From: Camelus ferus
Lineage: Eukaryota
Direction: 5' to 3'
Assembly (NCBI RefSeq): GCF_009834535.1
Contig: NC_045696.1
Location: 121,026,001 to 121,090,000 of the forward strand
DNA length: 64,000 nucleotides
How positions within the stretch are numbered: position 1 is the first letter of the stretch; the number at the start of each line of letters is the position of its first letter. A program made the translations under genes and the position numbers. Under the pieces are notes generated by a model. It worked only from the letters and a program-made list of their open reading frames with translations, ran no database searches and was not told the DNA's origin. Shown piece after piece: positions 38,061-50,283 of this stretch.

Positions 38061-38634
38061 GAAATTCACTCTTCTCCAAGGAAACCCTAGCTCCCCAATT
38101 ATACGACCTCACCCTCACTCTGAGAAATTCTCCCAAACATATTTCTGTTCTGATTTCTTTCTCTTTGTGAGTTCTTTTCATTTTCCTCTGCAAATCCAAT
38201 TATTCTTATGTTTGATTAGAAGATCTATTTTATCCTCCGATCTTTGCTTCTGCTTCAGCAAAGCTGGGGTGAAAGCAACTTTTGAGAAATGAAACTGCGG
38301 TTTGAGTCACCCAAGGGACGCATGCTGGCAAGCCGGCCAGGAGGGCTTCGCAAGTGGTCCGGGTTTCACAGTGCGCTGTTCAGTGGGGTTCAGTGAACAG
38401 AAGGAGAGGCAAGGGACTTACTTATTTTATATTTACTTCACATGTATGCCCGTCACAGTGGAGGCCCAGTTAGGACCCACTCTCTGAAGTCCAGTGCTCA
38501 CCACTAGGGGCCCCTCCCCATCCTGGAATCGCTGTCCCCATCTGTAAAAGGAAGATGTTCCTTTAGATGATTCCTTGGTACCTTACAGGGCTTTTCAAAG
38601 CGTCCATAATTCTTTTTTTGTTTGTTTATTATAT

Positions 38635-39205
38635 TTTTCTTTTTTTATTGATGTATGGTCAGCTTACAATGCTGTGCCAGTTTCTGGTGCACAGCATCAT
38701 GTTTCAGTCATACATGTACATACAGAAGTTCCTTTTCATATTCTTTTTCATTATAGGTTACTACCAGATACTGAACCTAGTTCCCTGTGCTCTACAGTAG
38801 GACCTTGTTGTTCATCTATTTTATATATAGTAGTGTGTATCTGCAAATCTCAAACTCCCAATTTATCCCTCCCCACCCCCTTTCCCCCCTGGTAACCATA
38901 AATTTGTCTTCTATGTCTGTGAGTCTGTTTCTATTTTGTAAATAAGTTCATTTGTGTCTTTTTTTTTTTTTTTTTTGGATTCCACATATAAGTGATATAA
39001 TATGGTATTTTTCTTTCTTTCTCTGGCTTACTTCACTTAGAACGCCGGTCTCAAGGTCCATCCATGTTGCCGAAAATGGCATTGTTTTATTCTTTTTTAT
39101 AGCTGAGTAGTATTCCATTGTGTAAATGTACCACAGCTTCTTTATCCAGTCCTCTGTCTATGGATGTTTAGGTTGTTTCCATGTCTTGGCTATTGTAAAT
39201 AGTGC
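38635..39205 (-). mobile_element. Camelid-type L1 3' end
   Basis: Reverse complement of the same 3'UTR seen at 24780-25160 ('atctgcaaatctcaaactcccaatttatccc', 'ttctatgtctgtgagtctgtttc'). Confidence 0.9.
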
Positions 39206-39284
39206 AGGATGCAAATATTTTCAAATAAAATTGTATAACATCACCATATTCCTTTCTTATCTGGCTTTCAAGGTATCTGTTCAT

Positions 39285-40160
39285 TCATCTTAATGAGCAC
39301 TTATTGTGTACTTGCTTAGTGCCCGCCACAGTTCCGAGCAGTGGGATCAGTGAACAAAAAAAGGTGAAAATAACCCCTGCCCCAAGGACCTTATTTTTCA
39401 GTGGGCTGCTTGACAAATCATAAAGCTGAGGATGCCCCACAGTAACAAATGCTAAGAAGAAAGTACCAAGCACGGGAGGCGGACAGGCAGTGTGGGACGG
39501 GGGTAAAGTTTACAGTTTTAAGGAGGGTGGTCTGGATGACGCGAGGGCAGAGACACGGAGGGGATGAGGAGGAGAGACGTGGCTTTCTGGGGAAAGAGCC
39601 TTCTCGTCTGAGGGACCAGCAAGCGCAAAGGCCCTGGCAATGGGCGTGCTCAGTGAGTTCAGGGAGATGGAGGAAGTTCAGGATACTGCTGACCACCAGG
39701 TGGACCCTGACGTCACCCTGAGGGGGCTGGGGAGCCCGTGGGAGGGCTGAGCAGAGGAGGGAGGGGTCTGCACTGACAACGGGCTGCAGGGAGTGAGGGT
39801 AGAGCCAGGAGACCAGGTGAGAGGCTGTGGAAGCAGTTGGGCGAGAGAGCAGGGCAGCTGGACGGTGGTGGCAGTGGTGGAGGTGGTGAGGAGTGGGGGT
39901 CCTGGATACAGCTTCAAAATAGAGCCAATAGGATTCTATAACTGGTCTGATTATGAGAGACACCAGGCTACTGGAGTGTGGTGGAGACAAATCAAGGATG
40001 ATTCAAAGGCTTTTGGCCTAAGAAATTGGAAGGCTGGGACTGGCATGAGCAGATACAGGCAGGGCTGCGGCATGAGGATGTTCTTGGGGGGAGATGAGAA
40101 GTTGAGTCAGGCGCGGTAACTGGAAGATGCCTGCCAGACCTTCCAGTGGAGACATGAAGC
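39285..40160 (-). mobile_element. L2 fragment
   Basis: 'ttcattcatcttaatgagcacttattgtgtac' L2 3' end, then purine-rich L2 body ('gcaaaggccctgg', 'atcaaggatgattcaaaggcttttggcctaagaaattgga'). Confidence 0.65.
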
Positions 40161-40401
40161 CGATAGAATGTTCAGGGCATCCTTTCCTGAACTTCCGGAG
40201 ACTGACTTCACAAGCAGCTTCCTTTCCCTAAGAGGGCCCCTTATTTCTCACAGGACACTAGGGGCAAAGCCATAGGGAAGAATCATGAGCTTGGCGCTGA
40301 AAGCAACAAGATACTATTACCACCAGAGCACTTTTTTGGACTTGAGAGAAGGAAGAAGCTTCGTGAGCAGGAGAAGGTGGAGCTCTCTAAGAACGCCCTG
40401 A

Positions 40402-40537
40402 CGGCGGGCGTGGCTCAGTGGTAGAGTGCCTGCTTAGCACGCATGAGGTCCTGGGTTCCATCCCCAGTGCCTCCATCAGTGTAAATAAATAAATAAACCT
40501 AATTCCCTCTCCCCAGTACTAGTACTACTAACAGTAA
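40402..40537 (+). mobile_element. tRNA-Ala-derived camelid SINE (Vic-1-like)
   Basis: 'tggctcagtggtagagtgcctgcttagcacgcatgaggtcctgggttccatccccagtgcctcca' plus 'taaataaataaataaacctaattccc' tail. Confidence 0.88.
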
Positions 40538-42180
40538 AAGAATACTTTGAACAAGAGGATAAAATAGATCAAGGCTATGGAGCATAGGACAAAATAGCTG
40601 GAAAAGAATTAAAATGTACATTTCTTTCATTTGAAAATGTAAGCTCTTTCTATTTGAGATACCCACCTAACTAAAAGGGTGGTTCCTCCCTCCCTTCCTT
40701 TGGAAAAACAAACCTAGAGCCCTTTCCCACATAAGCAGCACAAGGAGCACCCCCTCTGTGTTCACATCCTAGACAACAGCAAGAGAGTCCCCTTACGCAG
40801 AATTTTCTGTTTCATGATTCCTAAGATACCAGAACGCATCACTGCAGAAATCCTACAGCACGTTTTCCGAGTGTCAGTAAATTTCCGCCGCACTCTTACA
40901 AGGCTGGGGCACCTGTCACTTTTCTTTGGGCTTAAAATGAGATTGCTCATGGCCTGCCTGATTTCTTCAGTGACCCACAGTTTAGGTAGAATAAACACAT
41001 TTACAAACACAGAAATGTTTACCCCGTATCTTTGTCACGGATTTCTAACAGTTGCATCCTGGCCTCATAACTAGATCTTGTGTAAAGTCAGTTATGTGAC
41101 GTGTGTCGAGACTTGAATTGTTGTCTGGTACGTGGTCAGTTTTTGTAGCTGTTACGTGAGAGTCTGGGAGGAATGCAGATTCTCTAATCATCAGGGAGGG
41201 ACAGGGTCCCACATTTGTCTATTAAGTTAGCTTATTAAGTGTATCCAGATTTTCTACATCATTACTATTTTTTCAGATGCTTTCCCATCAACAACTGAAC
41301 AAGATGTATTGAAATCCTACATTTAAATGACAGAGCTGACGATCGCTCCCTGCTTAGGTATTTTGAGTCTCCTTCATTAAATGCAGGCTGGCTTAGAATT
41401 TCTATTTCTCCCTGGTGAATTGAACTGTTTTCATTATCTAGTGGCATTCTTTATTCTAATAATGCTTTTTTTCTTAAAATCTATTTTGTCTCATACTAAT
41501 ATAGATACCCCAAGTTTCTTTCGGTTATTACTTGCCTGGCACATCTTTTTAAAAAATTTGTTTACTCTCAAATTTTCAGTGCCCTATGTTTTAGGTGTGT
41601 CTCTTAAAAGCATGTACCTAGATGAATTTTGCATTTTAGACAGTGAGTTTATCCATCTACCTTTGCTGTGATTATGAACACAGGAGGATGTTTAGATCAC
41701 AAATAAAGTAACCCTTACAGGAATGGTTAGCTTTTGCAGGGCACCCCACAAACAAGATTCTGTTGCCCAGGGCACTGAGCAGAAGGCAAGCACCGTCTTC
41801 AGCAAGGGGTCTGAAAATCACATGTCCCACTGGGGGTGCCTCATGTCACCCAAGCACAGGAAGTGCAGCTGTCTGTCTCTGTGAAGAGCCAGTCCTATCT
41901 CTGCCCACCAGACTCAGAGACAGCCATCTGAAATGCTGGATATGGGGAGTAGGGGTACAGAATCCATCTCTAATGAAGGCTCCTCGCACTTGTTAGCGCC
42001 CGCAATCATTACGACAGCGGTATTAAAGGGGAAACTCACGCACCGTTCTGTTCCCACAGTGCCTCACACATATTTCATGTGCAGGGATTTCTTATATTCT
42101 GTAAAATCATTTTCAAGGTTTCCTTAAAACTGTGCCTGAAGAATAATCTATGTTCTCTTAATGCTTTCTGCTAAATTAGG

Positions 42181-42228
42181 TTTTCATGATTATTTCTACA
42201 AAATTATTTTTTCATGATTATTTCTACA
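42181..42228 (+). repeat. Direct duplication of 20 bp (ttttcatgattatttctaca x2, period 28)
   Basis: Copies at 42181-42200 and 42209-42228. Confidence 0.85.
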
Positions 42229-42533
42229 GCATTACTTTTTTTTTTAACTCCCACTGTGCCACCAGCCTTCTTGTGTCATTGTTTTTTCAAATTCAGCTAG
42301 AAAAGATTAAAATATTTAAAATAGTACCTTAACTGGTGGTAGAACTACAAAATTGTTTAAAGCTTCCAGTTAAACTGAAGTAGGATCACTGTACAATTCC
42401 CTAGGAAAGTAATTAATGTCCACAATGGTAAAGCAGTGTTGAGTGACTCACTGTCACGGTTAAGTTGCTTCCATTAGTTTGGGGTTGCTATTTATATTTA
42501 TGGTTGAGCATCTTTAAAAAAAAATAATGCTAT

Positions 42534-42654
42534 TTTTAGTTTCTTTAATTTAATTTAATTTTCACTTTATTTTTTTAATGGAGGTACCAGGGAGTGAACC
42601 CAGGACCTCGTGCGTGCTAAGCATATGCTCTACCACTGAGCTATACCCTCCCCC
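42534..42654 (-). mobile_element. tRNA-Ala-derived camelid SINE (Vic-1-like)
   Basis: Reverse complement 'gggggagggtatagctcagtggtagagcatatgcttagcacgcacgaggtcctgggttcactccctggtacctcca' plus A-rich tail. Confidence 0.9.
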
Positions 42655-42739
42655 TCAGAGTAAAACAATGGCTCTCAAGTAGGTGACAGGTAACTCTGCT
42701 AAGATGTGTGTGTGTGTGTGTGTGTGTAACTGCCACTTA

Positions 42740-43035
42740 AATATGAAAAACCCAAGGCTCAGAGAGGTGAATTAAGTGGCCCAGAGTCACACAGCCAGGG
42801 AAAGGGAGAACCAAGATTCCACTCTGGTCTCTCTGAATCCAAAGTCCATATCATAGTGATGAAAAGAATGAGCCCTGGAATGAAAGTACAGGAACGCATA
42901 TTCCAGCTCCGCCGCTTGACAGCTCTGTGGCAGTGGGCAAGTAGCTTAATACCGTCCTCGATCTCAGTTTACTCCTCTGTCAAATGGGAATAACTGTCAT
43001 TTCTGCCCCTACAGTTGCTCTGAGGACTGAGTGGG
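42740..43035. mobile_element. Two MIR fragments in opposite orientation
   Basis: 'aaggctcagagaggtgaattaagtggcccagagtcacacagc' and 'gggcaagtagcttaa...tctcagtttactcctctgtcaaatgggaataac'. Confidence 0.65.
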
Positions 43036-43389
43036 CTGAGCCGGCACAGCGAAGGCACAGGAACTGTTCGCTGCAGGTTCTGGTGACTTTGGGGGCCTCT
43101 TTACCATCAGTGGCTGATATTGTGAATCGAATTCTCAGGCTTCTGTCACATTATGTTCATGTGGTTCTCACCCTCTCCTTCACGCGTCCTCCTCACCTGC
43201 CAGGCCACCTGGCTGGTGTCCTGGTGCCACCACGGTTGGCTCCCACCTGGCTTCCCTCCTGTTGTTACAGCCCAAGTTAGATGGTGCTGCCTCCCCTCCT
43301 CCATCGGGCGTTCCCTGGTTTTCCCTGCTGGAAACGTTCACGAGACACTGACGGTGCTAATGGCTGCCTGGGTCATTCTTTCCCTGCAC

Positions 43390-46200
43390 AAGTATTTCCT
43401 GGACACCTCCTGTGGGCCTGTCCTGTTCTAGGCCCTGGGTCCTCCTGTATGGAATCTGTCTGCTGACTCAGGGAGTAGGGAGAGGCCAACAGGAAACATA
43501 CACACAAAAAGAGAGAAGAAAAATACCAGTGAGTGACACATGCTGTGCAGACAGTTCAGGTGGTGTGACCCTATGGACGGTGACGGGGTGGCTACTTTAG
43601 ACTGGGGAGGCAAGTTTGGTTTCTCCAAGAAGGTGGTATGGAAGCTGAGATCTGTAGGGCAAGACAGAGGCGGCCACATAAAGATCAAAGGGAGAAGCAT
43701 TCCAGGGAAGAGGGTACAGCTCGTGCAAAGGCCCGGAGGTAGGAATAAGCTTGTATTTAAGGAACAGAAAGGAGATGGGTGTGATTGGAGCCTAGAGGCT
43801 AAGACAGATGGTGGACAAGACAGAAGAGGCTGGTGGAGGAAGGCAGGAGACTGATAAGTGAGGGTACAGGAGGGACCAGACCCCAGTGTTATAATATAGG
43901 AGTCTGTTTTAGGCAGGAAGGTGACCAGACTGATTTATATTTGTCAGAGTTGACACTGGCCTCGCATGTGGAAAGTGAATTGTTGAGTGATGGATGGAGC
44001 CTTGCAGAGGACCAGCGGAGAGATGGCAGGGGCTGGAATGTGTGCTGGCAGGGGAGGCAGACAGAAAGAAGCAGGTGGAGTAGGATTTGGTTTGGTGGGG
44101 GCGTCTCCAGCATGTTCTCAAGGGTACTGTCAGGATGTCCCCGTCCCCAGACCACTTGCCACCCATCCACACGGGATGAGGACAGAACGTGGGGGGGGAG
44201 GGGTGGTTAGAGACTGTCACAGCAGATGACACTGCCCCCACATCCCCACGTGTGGTGAGTGGGCCCGTCTCACTGAGTGGGCTGTGGACCCGGGGGGCTG
44301 TCGTCCAGGCCCCTTGGGAAGCCACACGTGGCAGGCGCCGTGTGAGGCACAGGCTACGTGTTAGTTACAGGCAGTCACTCCATGTGTGAGTCCAGGATGG
44401 ACTGGAAATTACAAGAGAACAAGCTGATTTGCATCACACGTAGTTTAAAGAGCACTGCAAGCATTTCTGGTGCTGATAGAATTAATGAGAGAGAGAGAGC
44501 AAGGCCTCAAGAATCCCTCGGCTTGAAAACGTGACTGGGTCCTAGAAAGCATGGTGAAAGGTATTTTTAGGGGGTGGGAGGTAGTAATTAAAAGTTCTTT
44601 TTTGGCTTCATTGACATTGAGTGAGCCACCCCTTGGACATCCAGGAGGAGGTTGTCCAGTGGACAGTTGATTCTCTAGCGTGGAGTTCTGGGTGAAGGGC
44701 AGAGGGGATACAGGAAGCCTTCAGCCATCGAGGGTGTTGAAGACCTGGGGCTGCCTGGGCTCACAGAGGCAAGAGTGAAGATGGAGAAAAGACAGGGGGT
44801 CTGGGACTTAGCCTCAGTGTAGAGGCCAAGACGAGGAGGAAAAAGCATCAGCAGAGGAGGCTACAAGGAAGCAGGTGGTGTGGAGGCCATATCCCCACAG
44901 GCAACCACAGAGGGTTTTAAGAAGAGAGAAGAACTCAGCTCTGTTGAACATGCTGAAACCTCAAGTAAGGTGTGTACGGAAAGTGACCAGGGAATGTGGC
45001 CATCTGAAGGTCATCGCAAGAAGTGAGGGCCAAGGCCAAGGCAGTGAGAAAGTAGAAAAGCAACCGTGCATAACTCTGCCAAGGGTCTTTGCCAGCAGCG
45101 GAGGTGGGAGTGAGGCTGGAGGCGGGGTGGGCTGAGGGCTCCTGTTTGAGAGAGGGTGTATTAGCACCTGCTCTCTGGTGGCGATGCTCCCGTGGCGGGG
45201 GCGGGGCAGACTGGTGACGAGGAAAGAGGAGGGAAGTCCCTGAGATGGTGCCGAGGCAGGATCCAGAGCACTCGGGGAGAGTCTGATCTTCACTGGAGGG
45301 GTGGCCCCTTCGTCAGGGACAAGGCGGGGCCAAGCGAGGCCACCGACGCAGGCAGGGGTATCGGTTCAGCACCGGGAAGAGGAGGGAAGTTTCAGAGTTT
45401 GTTTCTATTTTCTCAAGGAGATATCAGGTGAAGTCAGCAGCTGAGAATGCGGGGTCTTAGCAAGTCAGAGGATAAAGAAGAAAGGGTGAAACAACGGTTT
45501 TGGTCAGTGGGAGGTAAGAACACCAGGGAAGTGAGCAGGGCCCCTGGGCAGAGCTGAGTGCCATTCTGAATTATGACCATCAGTGATTTAAATGAGACCT
45601 GTTGGCATAATTGGGGGTTTTTCTCCAGGAAGGTTTTGTTGTTTAGATGTAAGCATAAAGCAGATGGATGTCTGGGTTTAACCATTACGGCTTTGCCAAA
45701 GGAGCCTGACACAGAGAGGAGGGGAGACTGCGTATGAAAGAGTCCAGGGCGTTTGCAAGGTGGTGGTTATAATCAAGGACCCTGAAATGTAACTGAGGAA
45801 AGGGGAAGTGCAGACATGAGGACACAAAGGGGGTGACTGTCATCATGATGGTAGAGCCAAAGGACTGGAAGGACCGGGAATTAGAGGAGTTGCTGGAGTA
45901 AGTATGGTGGAGGAGGATAGAGAAGGGTTATGGAGTCAAGGACGTGGAGTCAATTCCAGAGGCAGCGCAGTGCTGGTGAGGTCACAGGCATGGTCATGGG
46001 AACTGGCAACTGAGGGGCGTAAAGAAAATGACCATTGGAAATGAGACAGTCCAAAATGTGAGTGACCAGGGATACTGAAGTCACGAGGATAGGAGGATGC
46101 CTGGGACGTGGGACCTGGAGGAAGGAGGGCAGGCAGCTTGCTGAAGTCGGCAGCGACTCGGGGAGCGACCGGGTTTGGGAAACGTCAGCCAAGGAAAGCT
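43390..46200 (-). mobile_element. Long, fragmented L2 relic
   Basis: Purine-rich L2 body motifs ('gggagaagcattccagggaagagggtacagctcgtgcaaaggcccggagg', 'ggacatccaggaggaggttgtccagtggacagttg'); boundaries approximate and interrupted. Confidence 0.55.
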
Positions 46201-46847
46201 TGGGCTTCTGGGAGTGGCCGAGGTGACTGGGGATGTGAGTGAGGATCCTGGGATCAGACCTGCTAATCTCCTGCCAGACGTGGGAAACCTACACAGGCTG
46301 GAGCTGTGGGGCCCCTGGGCCGCCAGTCACTTGAGGTTCCAAGACCTGTGTTTGAGTTCAGGTTCCATCAAACACAGGCTGTGTGAGTCTGTGAAAGTCA
46401 GCCTCCTTATTCTCGTCTGTGAAATGGAGGTGAATGTTCAATGTCTTACCTAGTTCACAAGGGTCCTTTGAGATAATGAATGTAAAAGCATTTTGCAAGC
46501 TCTAGACTAACAGAAGAATGCTTGTTCAAATTTAAAATGCACGTGTCTTACATGATAATTACAAGCCTCTAAACGAATGCAGGATCAATTACTTTTTTTT
46601 TATCTGCCGCAATACCTAACCCAGGCCCCTGTTCTAGGGATTCAGGGTTGAATAGCGCTGAACAACAAAAGCTTATAAAATGAATGGGAGTCCACGATTA
46701 GTGCCTTCAGTGTTATTGTCAGCATTACATGCTTTAAAAATTCTGGGGGAGAAAAAAAAAAACCAACCTCTGATTTTTCTTTTCACCGGATCTGTTGAAA
46801 TGAAGACTAAAGAAGCATTTCTTCAATGTTAAAGTTATAAAACTATT

Positions 46848-47171
46848 TACACTCTGCCTTTGGTATCCCTGGGTTCTGCATCCGTGAATTCAATTAAGCA
46901 GGGATCAAAATATTTGGAAAAAAAAATTCCAGAAAGTTCCAAAAAGCAAAACTTGAATTTGCTGCAAACCAGCAACAGCTTATGTACCATTTACATTGTA
47001 TTTACAACAATTTACATAGTATTTACACTGTATTAGGTATTATAAGTAACCTCTCTGAGAAGGTTATGTGCAGACACTGTGCCATTTTACAGCAGGGACT
47101 TGAGCATCCTTGGGTTTTGGTATCTGTGGCTCCTGGAACCAACCCCCTGCAGTTACCGAGGGACGATTATA
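46848..47171. mobile_element. TcMar-Tigger (Tigger3-like) DNA transposon relic
   Basis: 'gggttctgcatccgtgaattcaa...ccagaaagttccaaaaagcaaaacttgaatttgctgc...gtattaggtattataagtaa...gggacttgagcatcc...ggaaccaaccccc...ccgagggacga'. Confidence 0.8.
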
Positions 47172-47651
47172 TACACACTGACCTAGTCCATTCTCACAAA
47201 ATATTTTATTTTCTGATCAATACGTAAACAGAAAAGTTCGTGAATCATAAGGACGTATAAGGGATTTCACAGGGTGGACACACCCTGTAATTAGCCCCAT
47301 TTGTAGAAGTTTGATGCCAGAAAATATTCCTTGAAACGAAAAAGCTATGTTGCAAAAGTCCATACAGTGTTATTGTGAAAAAAGCGAAGTATCTGATGGA
47401 GGAATGATCAGGTCAGTGTGGGCACGTGGGTTCTGTGGACAGTGTGGAGCTGTTAGCAGTTTTGAACTGGGGAACAAAACTCAGAGACCTCAAATGCCCT
47501 TGTGTCAGGCAGGTGGACAAAATATGAGAAGCCACCTGGTGTGAAATGATGGGGTCGGGGTGAGCGAAGGGGAGGAAAGATTGGAGGGTGCAGAGTGTAG
47601 GCCCGGCCCGAAGACTTCCACATTCAAGTGTTAAAAATACCAGTAAAACCA

Positions 47652-47785
47652 GGGGGAGGGCACTGCTCAGGGGTCGAGGGCTGCTCAGCATGCACGAGGT
47701 CCTGGGTTCAATCCCCAGCACCTCCTTGAAAAATAAACTAAGCCTAATTACCTAGCCCCCCAAAAAGTTTAATTTAAATAAAAAC
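47652..47785 (+). mobile_element. tRNA-Ala-derived camelid SINE (Vic-1-like), 5' half diverged
   Basis: 'gggggaggg...gctcag...agcatgcacgaggtcctgggttcaatccccagcacctcc' plus 'aataaactaagcctaattacc' tail. Confidence 0.85.
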
Positions 47786-48822
47786 CAATAAAATGGTAGA
47801 AAATGGAATATGGTGCTGATCCAACAAAGCGTGTCCTGGGCCAGTTTTCACCCATCAGCCTTCAGTTTGTGGCCCTGACTGAGATCGGGGGAAACAGGCA
47901 AAATCAACCTGCCAGGTGTGTCCATATGACTGTAACACTCCCAGATGTGACCACACGCGGACCAGGACTGGGGGAGCTCAGAAACGAGCGCTGGCCTTGG
48001 GGGAACCCGGCCAGGTTACGCTACCCTCCTAAGCCTCAGCTTCTGCCTCCCTCTGTGAAACAGGGGATTTAAAACACGCCTCCCCCCACCCCCGGCCCGC
48101 TCCCAGCACTGCTGTGAAGGTCAGGTGGGTGTGCGTCGCAGACCTCTCCCTCTCCCCACCTCAGCCTCTCCCTCCTCATTGTCGCTTCACTGTTCTCATC
48201 ATTGTGCCTTCTGATTTCACATCCCAACCATTCTCTTCCCTGTTTACCCGACTCCAGCCACACTAGCCTTCTGGATGCTTCTCCCACGTGTTTGAGCCTC
48301 AAGGTCCCCTCTCCTCCATCCCACCCCCCCCCCCATACTGGCCTCACTTCCTGTGCGTCTCTGCTCCAAGACACCTCCTTGGAGAAGGTGGCCTGGCCCC
48401 TCACCTGCCTCTCTCCCACCCTAGGTCACTGTCCTTCTTCACACTCAGCACCACCTGTGTTCTTCTGTGTGCATTTTGTTACGTATCTGTTTATTGTCCA
48501 CTCCAGGAGGCACCGAGCTCCGTGAAGGCGGGAATCTGCCTGGCTTGTTTAATGCTGTGATCACAGTTCCCAGAAGGGTAACTGGCATGTAACAAACATT
48601 CAAGAAGTATTGGTAGAATATAGCTGAGTGTCCAAGCTCTTGTTTTTTCCCTAAACCCCAGGGTTACAGTACTACTTGTGTAATAATTTCAAAGAGCAGT
48701 TGTCCCTCAGTATCTGCAGTTTCCTGGACCCCAGACTCAAGCATCTGCAGACCCGGAGGCCAGTGGTACACCTTCTCGCAGGTGACGGCGGTCTGTAACT
48801 GTCCTTGGTCTTTGTCGGGCAG

Positions 48823-49024
48823 GTCGGCGGTGCAGAAGCTGGGGGCAGACGCGTTTGAGGAGGTCTACAGCTACCTCAAGAGCGCCAGGCAGCAGAAAGC
48901 CAGCGAGGCAGAGGTCCGGGCAGCTCTGGAAAAAGTGGTGCCCCGCGCCAGCGACTGTTTCGAGGTTGACCAGCTCCTCTACTTTGAGAAGCTGATCGCG
49001 ATGGGAGAAGGGGCCCATCACTAA
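48823..49024 (+). CDS. NEK11: NEK11 terminal coding exon (conserved C-terminal helical domain)
   Basis: (E)SAVQKLGADAFEEVYSYLKSARQQKASEAEVRAALEKVVPRASDCFEVDQLLYFEKLIAMGEGAHH*, recognisably the NEK11 C-terminus; acceptor gggcAG|G, stop TAA 49022-49024. Confidence 0.95.
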
Positions 49025-49379
49025 GCAACCGTCAGAAACACGCAGCTTCAAGTGGACAGATGCCCCTGGAAACCCATCCGCCCGTAAGCTGGGCTCTGTT
49101 CTGGAAAGTGGGTGCAGAGCTGCCCTCGCTGCCTCCCATCCTTGTCAAGAGGAGTGTCTGCATCCGTCTGGGAGCAGGGAGCGCGCCCCCTGCACTGGGA
49201 GGGTGGGCCAGTTCGCGCTGCCTGGTCTACCCTCTGAGAGAAGCCTACAGACAGAGTCTCCCTGAGAAGCACTCCCACACGCGTGCCCTTGGGCTTCCGG
49301 GGGGGTGGACACCCTGACCTGGGCCTGGGAGAAGCCTCCTGCTCTGCACCATTTCCACATGGAGGACAGAGCAGCTGTT

Positions 49380-49456
49380 TCTTAATTACTTTCAGCTCAA
49401 AATAATCCTTATGCCAATGTGGCAGGTTTGGGGGTGGCATATTCCAGCCCCTGCAA
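49380..49456 (-). mobile_element. ERV1 LTR end fragment (MER34/MER4-like) in or near the NEK11 3'UTR
   Basis: 'ttcagctcaaaataatccttatgccaatgtggcaggtttgggggtggcatattc...cccctgca'. Confidence 0.5.
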
Positions 49457-50171
49457 GACAGGTGCAGAGTGCAGACCTCTCGTCCTTCTGGATTTGTGCT
49501 GTCCACCGTCCCAGGATTCACAGAAAAGAAAGTTAGGAAGAAATACCATCTTGGATCACATATCCGTCTTATAAAAGACACCATTCCTGTTTACTTTCCA
49601 GTCAGTTCCCTGGGAGCAGCCACGAGGTTTTTAAAATGAGATGGATGAGAAGGAACTTCCTTTCTGATTTATCATTTTACTACTGGGAGAATGCCTTCTC
49701 CCTCAGCCACACTCAGTGTGGGTGCTGATCACCAATCAGACTGCCAGGCGGTGAGTGGAAATCAACTGAGGACTTGGAGCCAGGAAGGGGGGCTTGTGGT
49801 GAATCAGTCACAGGTGTGAGGGGATAAGAACCCTGCTACCTGGCTGCTTTGTCAAAAATAGAGCTATTTCACGAATGCTGACTGACCTTTCTGCTCTCTA
49901 TTATGCAGAGGAGGTGCCGCCAGCCACTGTGGGTGGCGCAGAGATAAGGCACACAGAGTTAATTACTTACTGCATCTGGGGCTGAGGCTGGAGCTCCAGG
50001 TCTGTTCTAGAGGCTGGGGGTGAAGGAGGCAGACGGGGTCCAGAGGAGCTGGGGGGTTGGGGGCAGCCCGTCCTCTTTCACGGTGACAGGGTAACTCATG
50101 TGTGCTAAGTGCCGTGTCACAGGGGAGTGCAGCCAGGAGCGAAATGAAAAAGGAGGCGGAGAAGGGGTGTG

Positions 50172-50283
50172 TGAGAGAGAGGGACAGAGACAGAGACAGA
50201 GGGACAGAGACAGACAGAGGGACAGAGAGAGACAGACAGACAGAGGGACAGAACAGAAGGACAGAGAGAGATAGACAGACAGG
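50172..50283 (+). repeat. Compound (GA)n/(GACA)n/(GACAGA)n microsatellite
   Basis: gagagagagggacagagacagagacagagggacagagacagacag... Confidence 0.9.

Larger units (their letters stand above)
9323..48822 (+). other. NEK11: NEK11 last intron (39.5 kb, GT-AG)
   Basis: GTGAGT donor at 9323; branch-like ctgtaac near 48793 and ...tttgtcgggcAG acceptor ending at 48822; phases are compatible. Confidence 0.88.

Noticed and set aside
42577..42654. tRNA-Ala(AGC)-like sequences here and at 15.7, 40.4 and 47.7 kb
   Set aside because: They have SINE tails, a TSD in one case, extra 5' G runs and stem mismatches, so they are SINE heads rather than tRNA genes.
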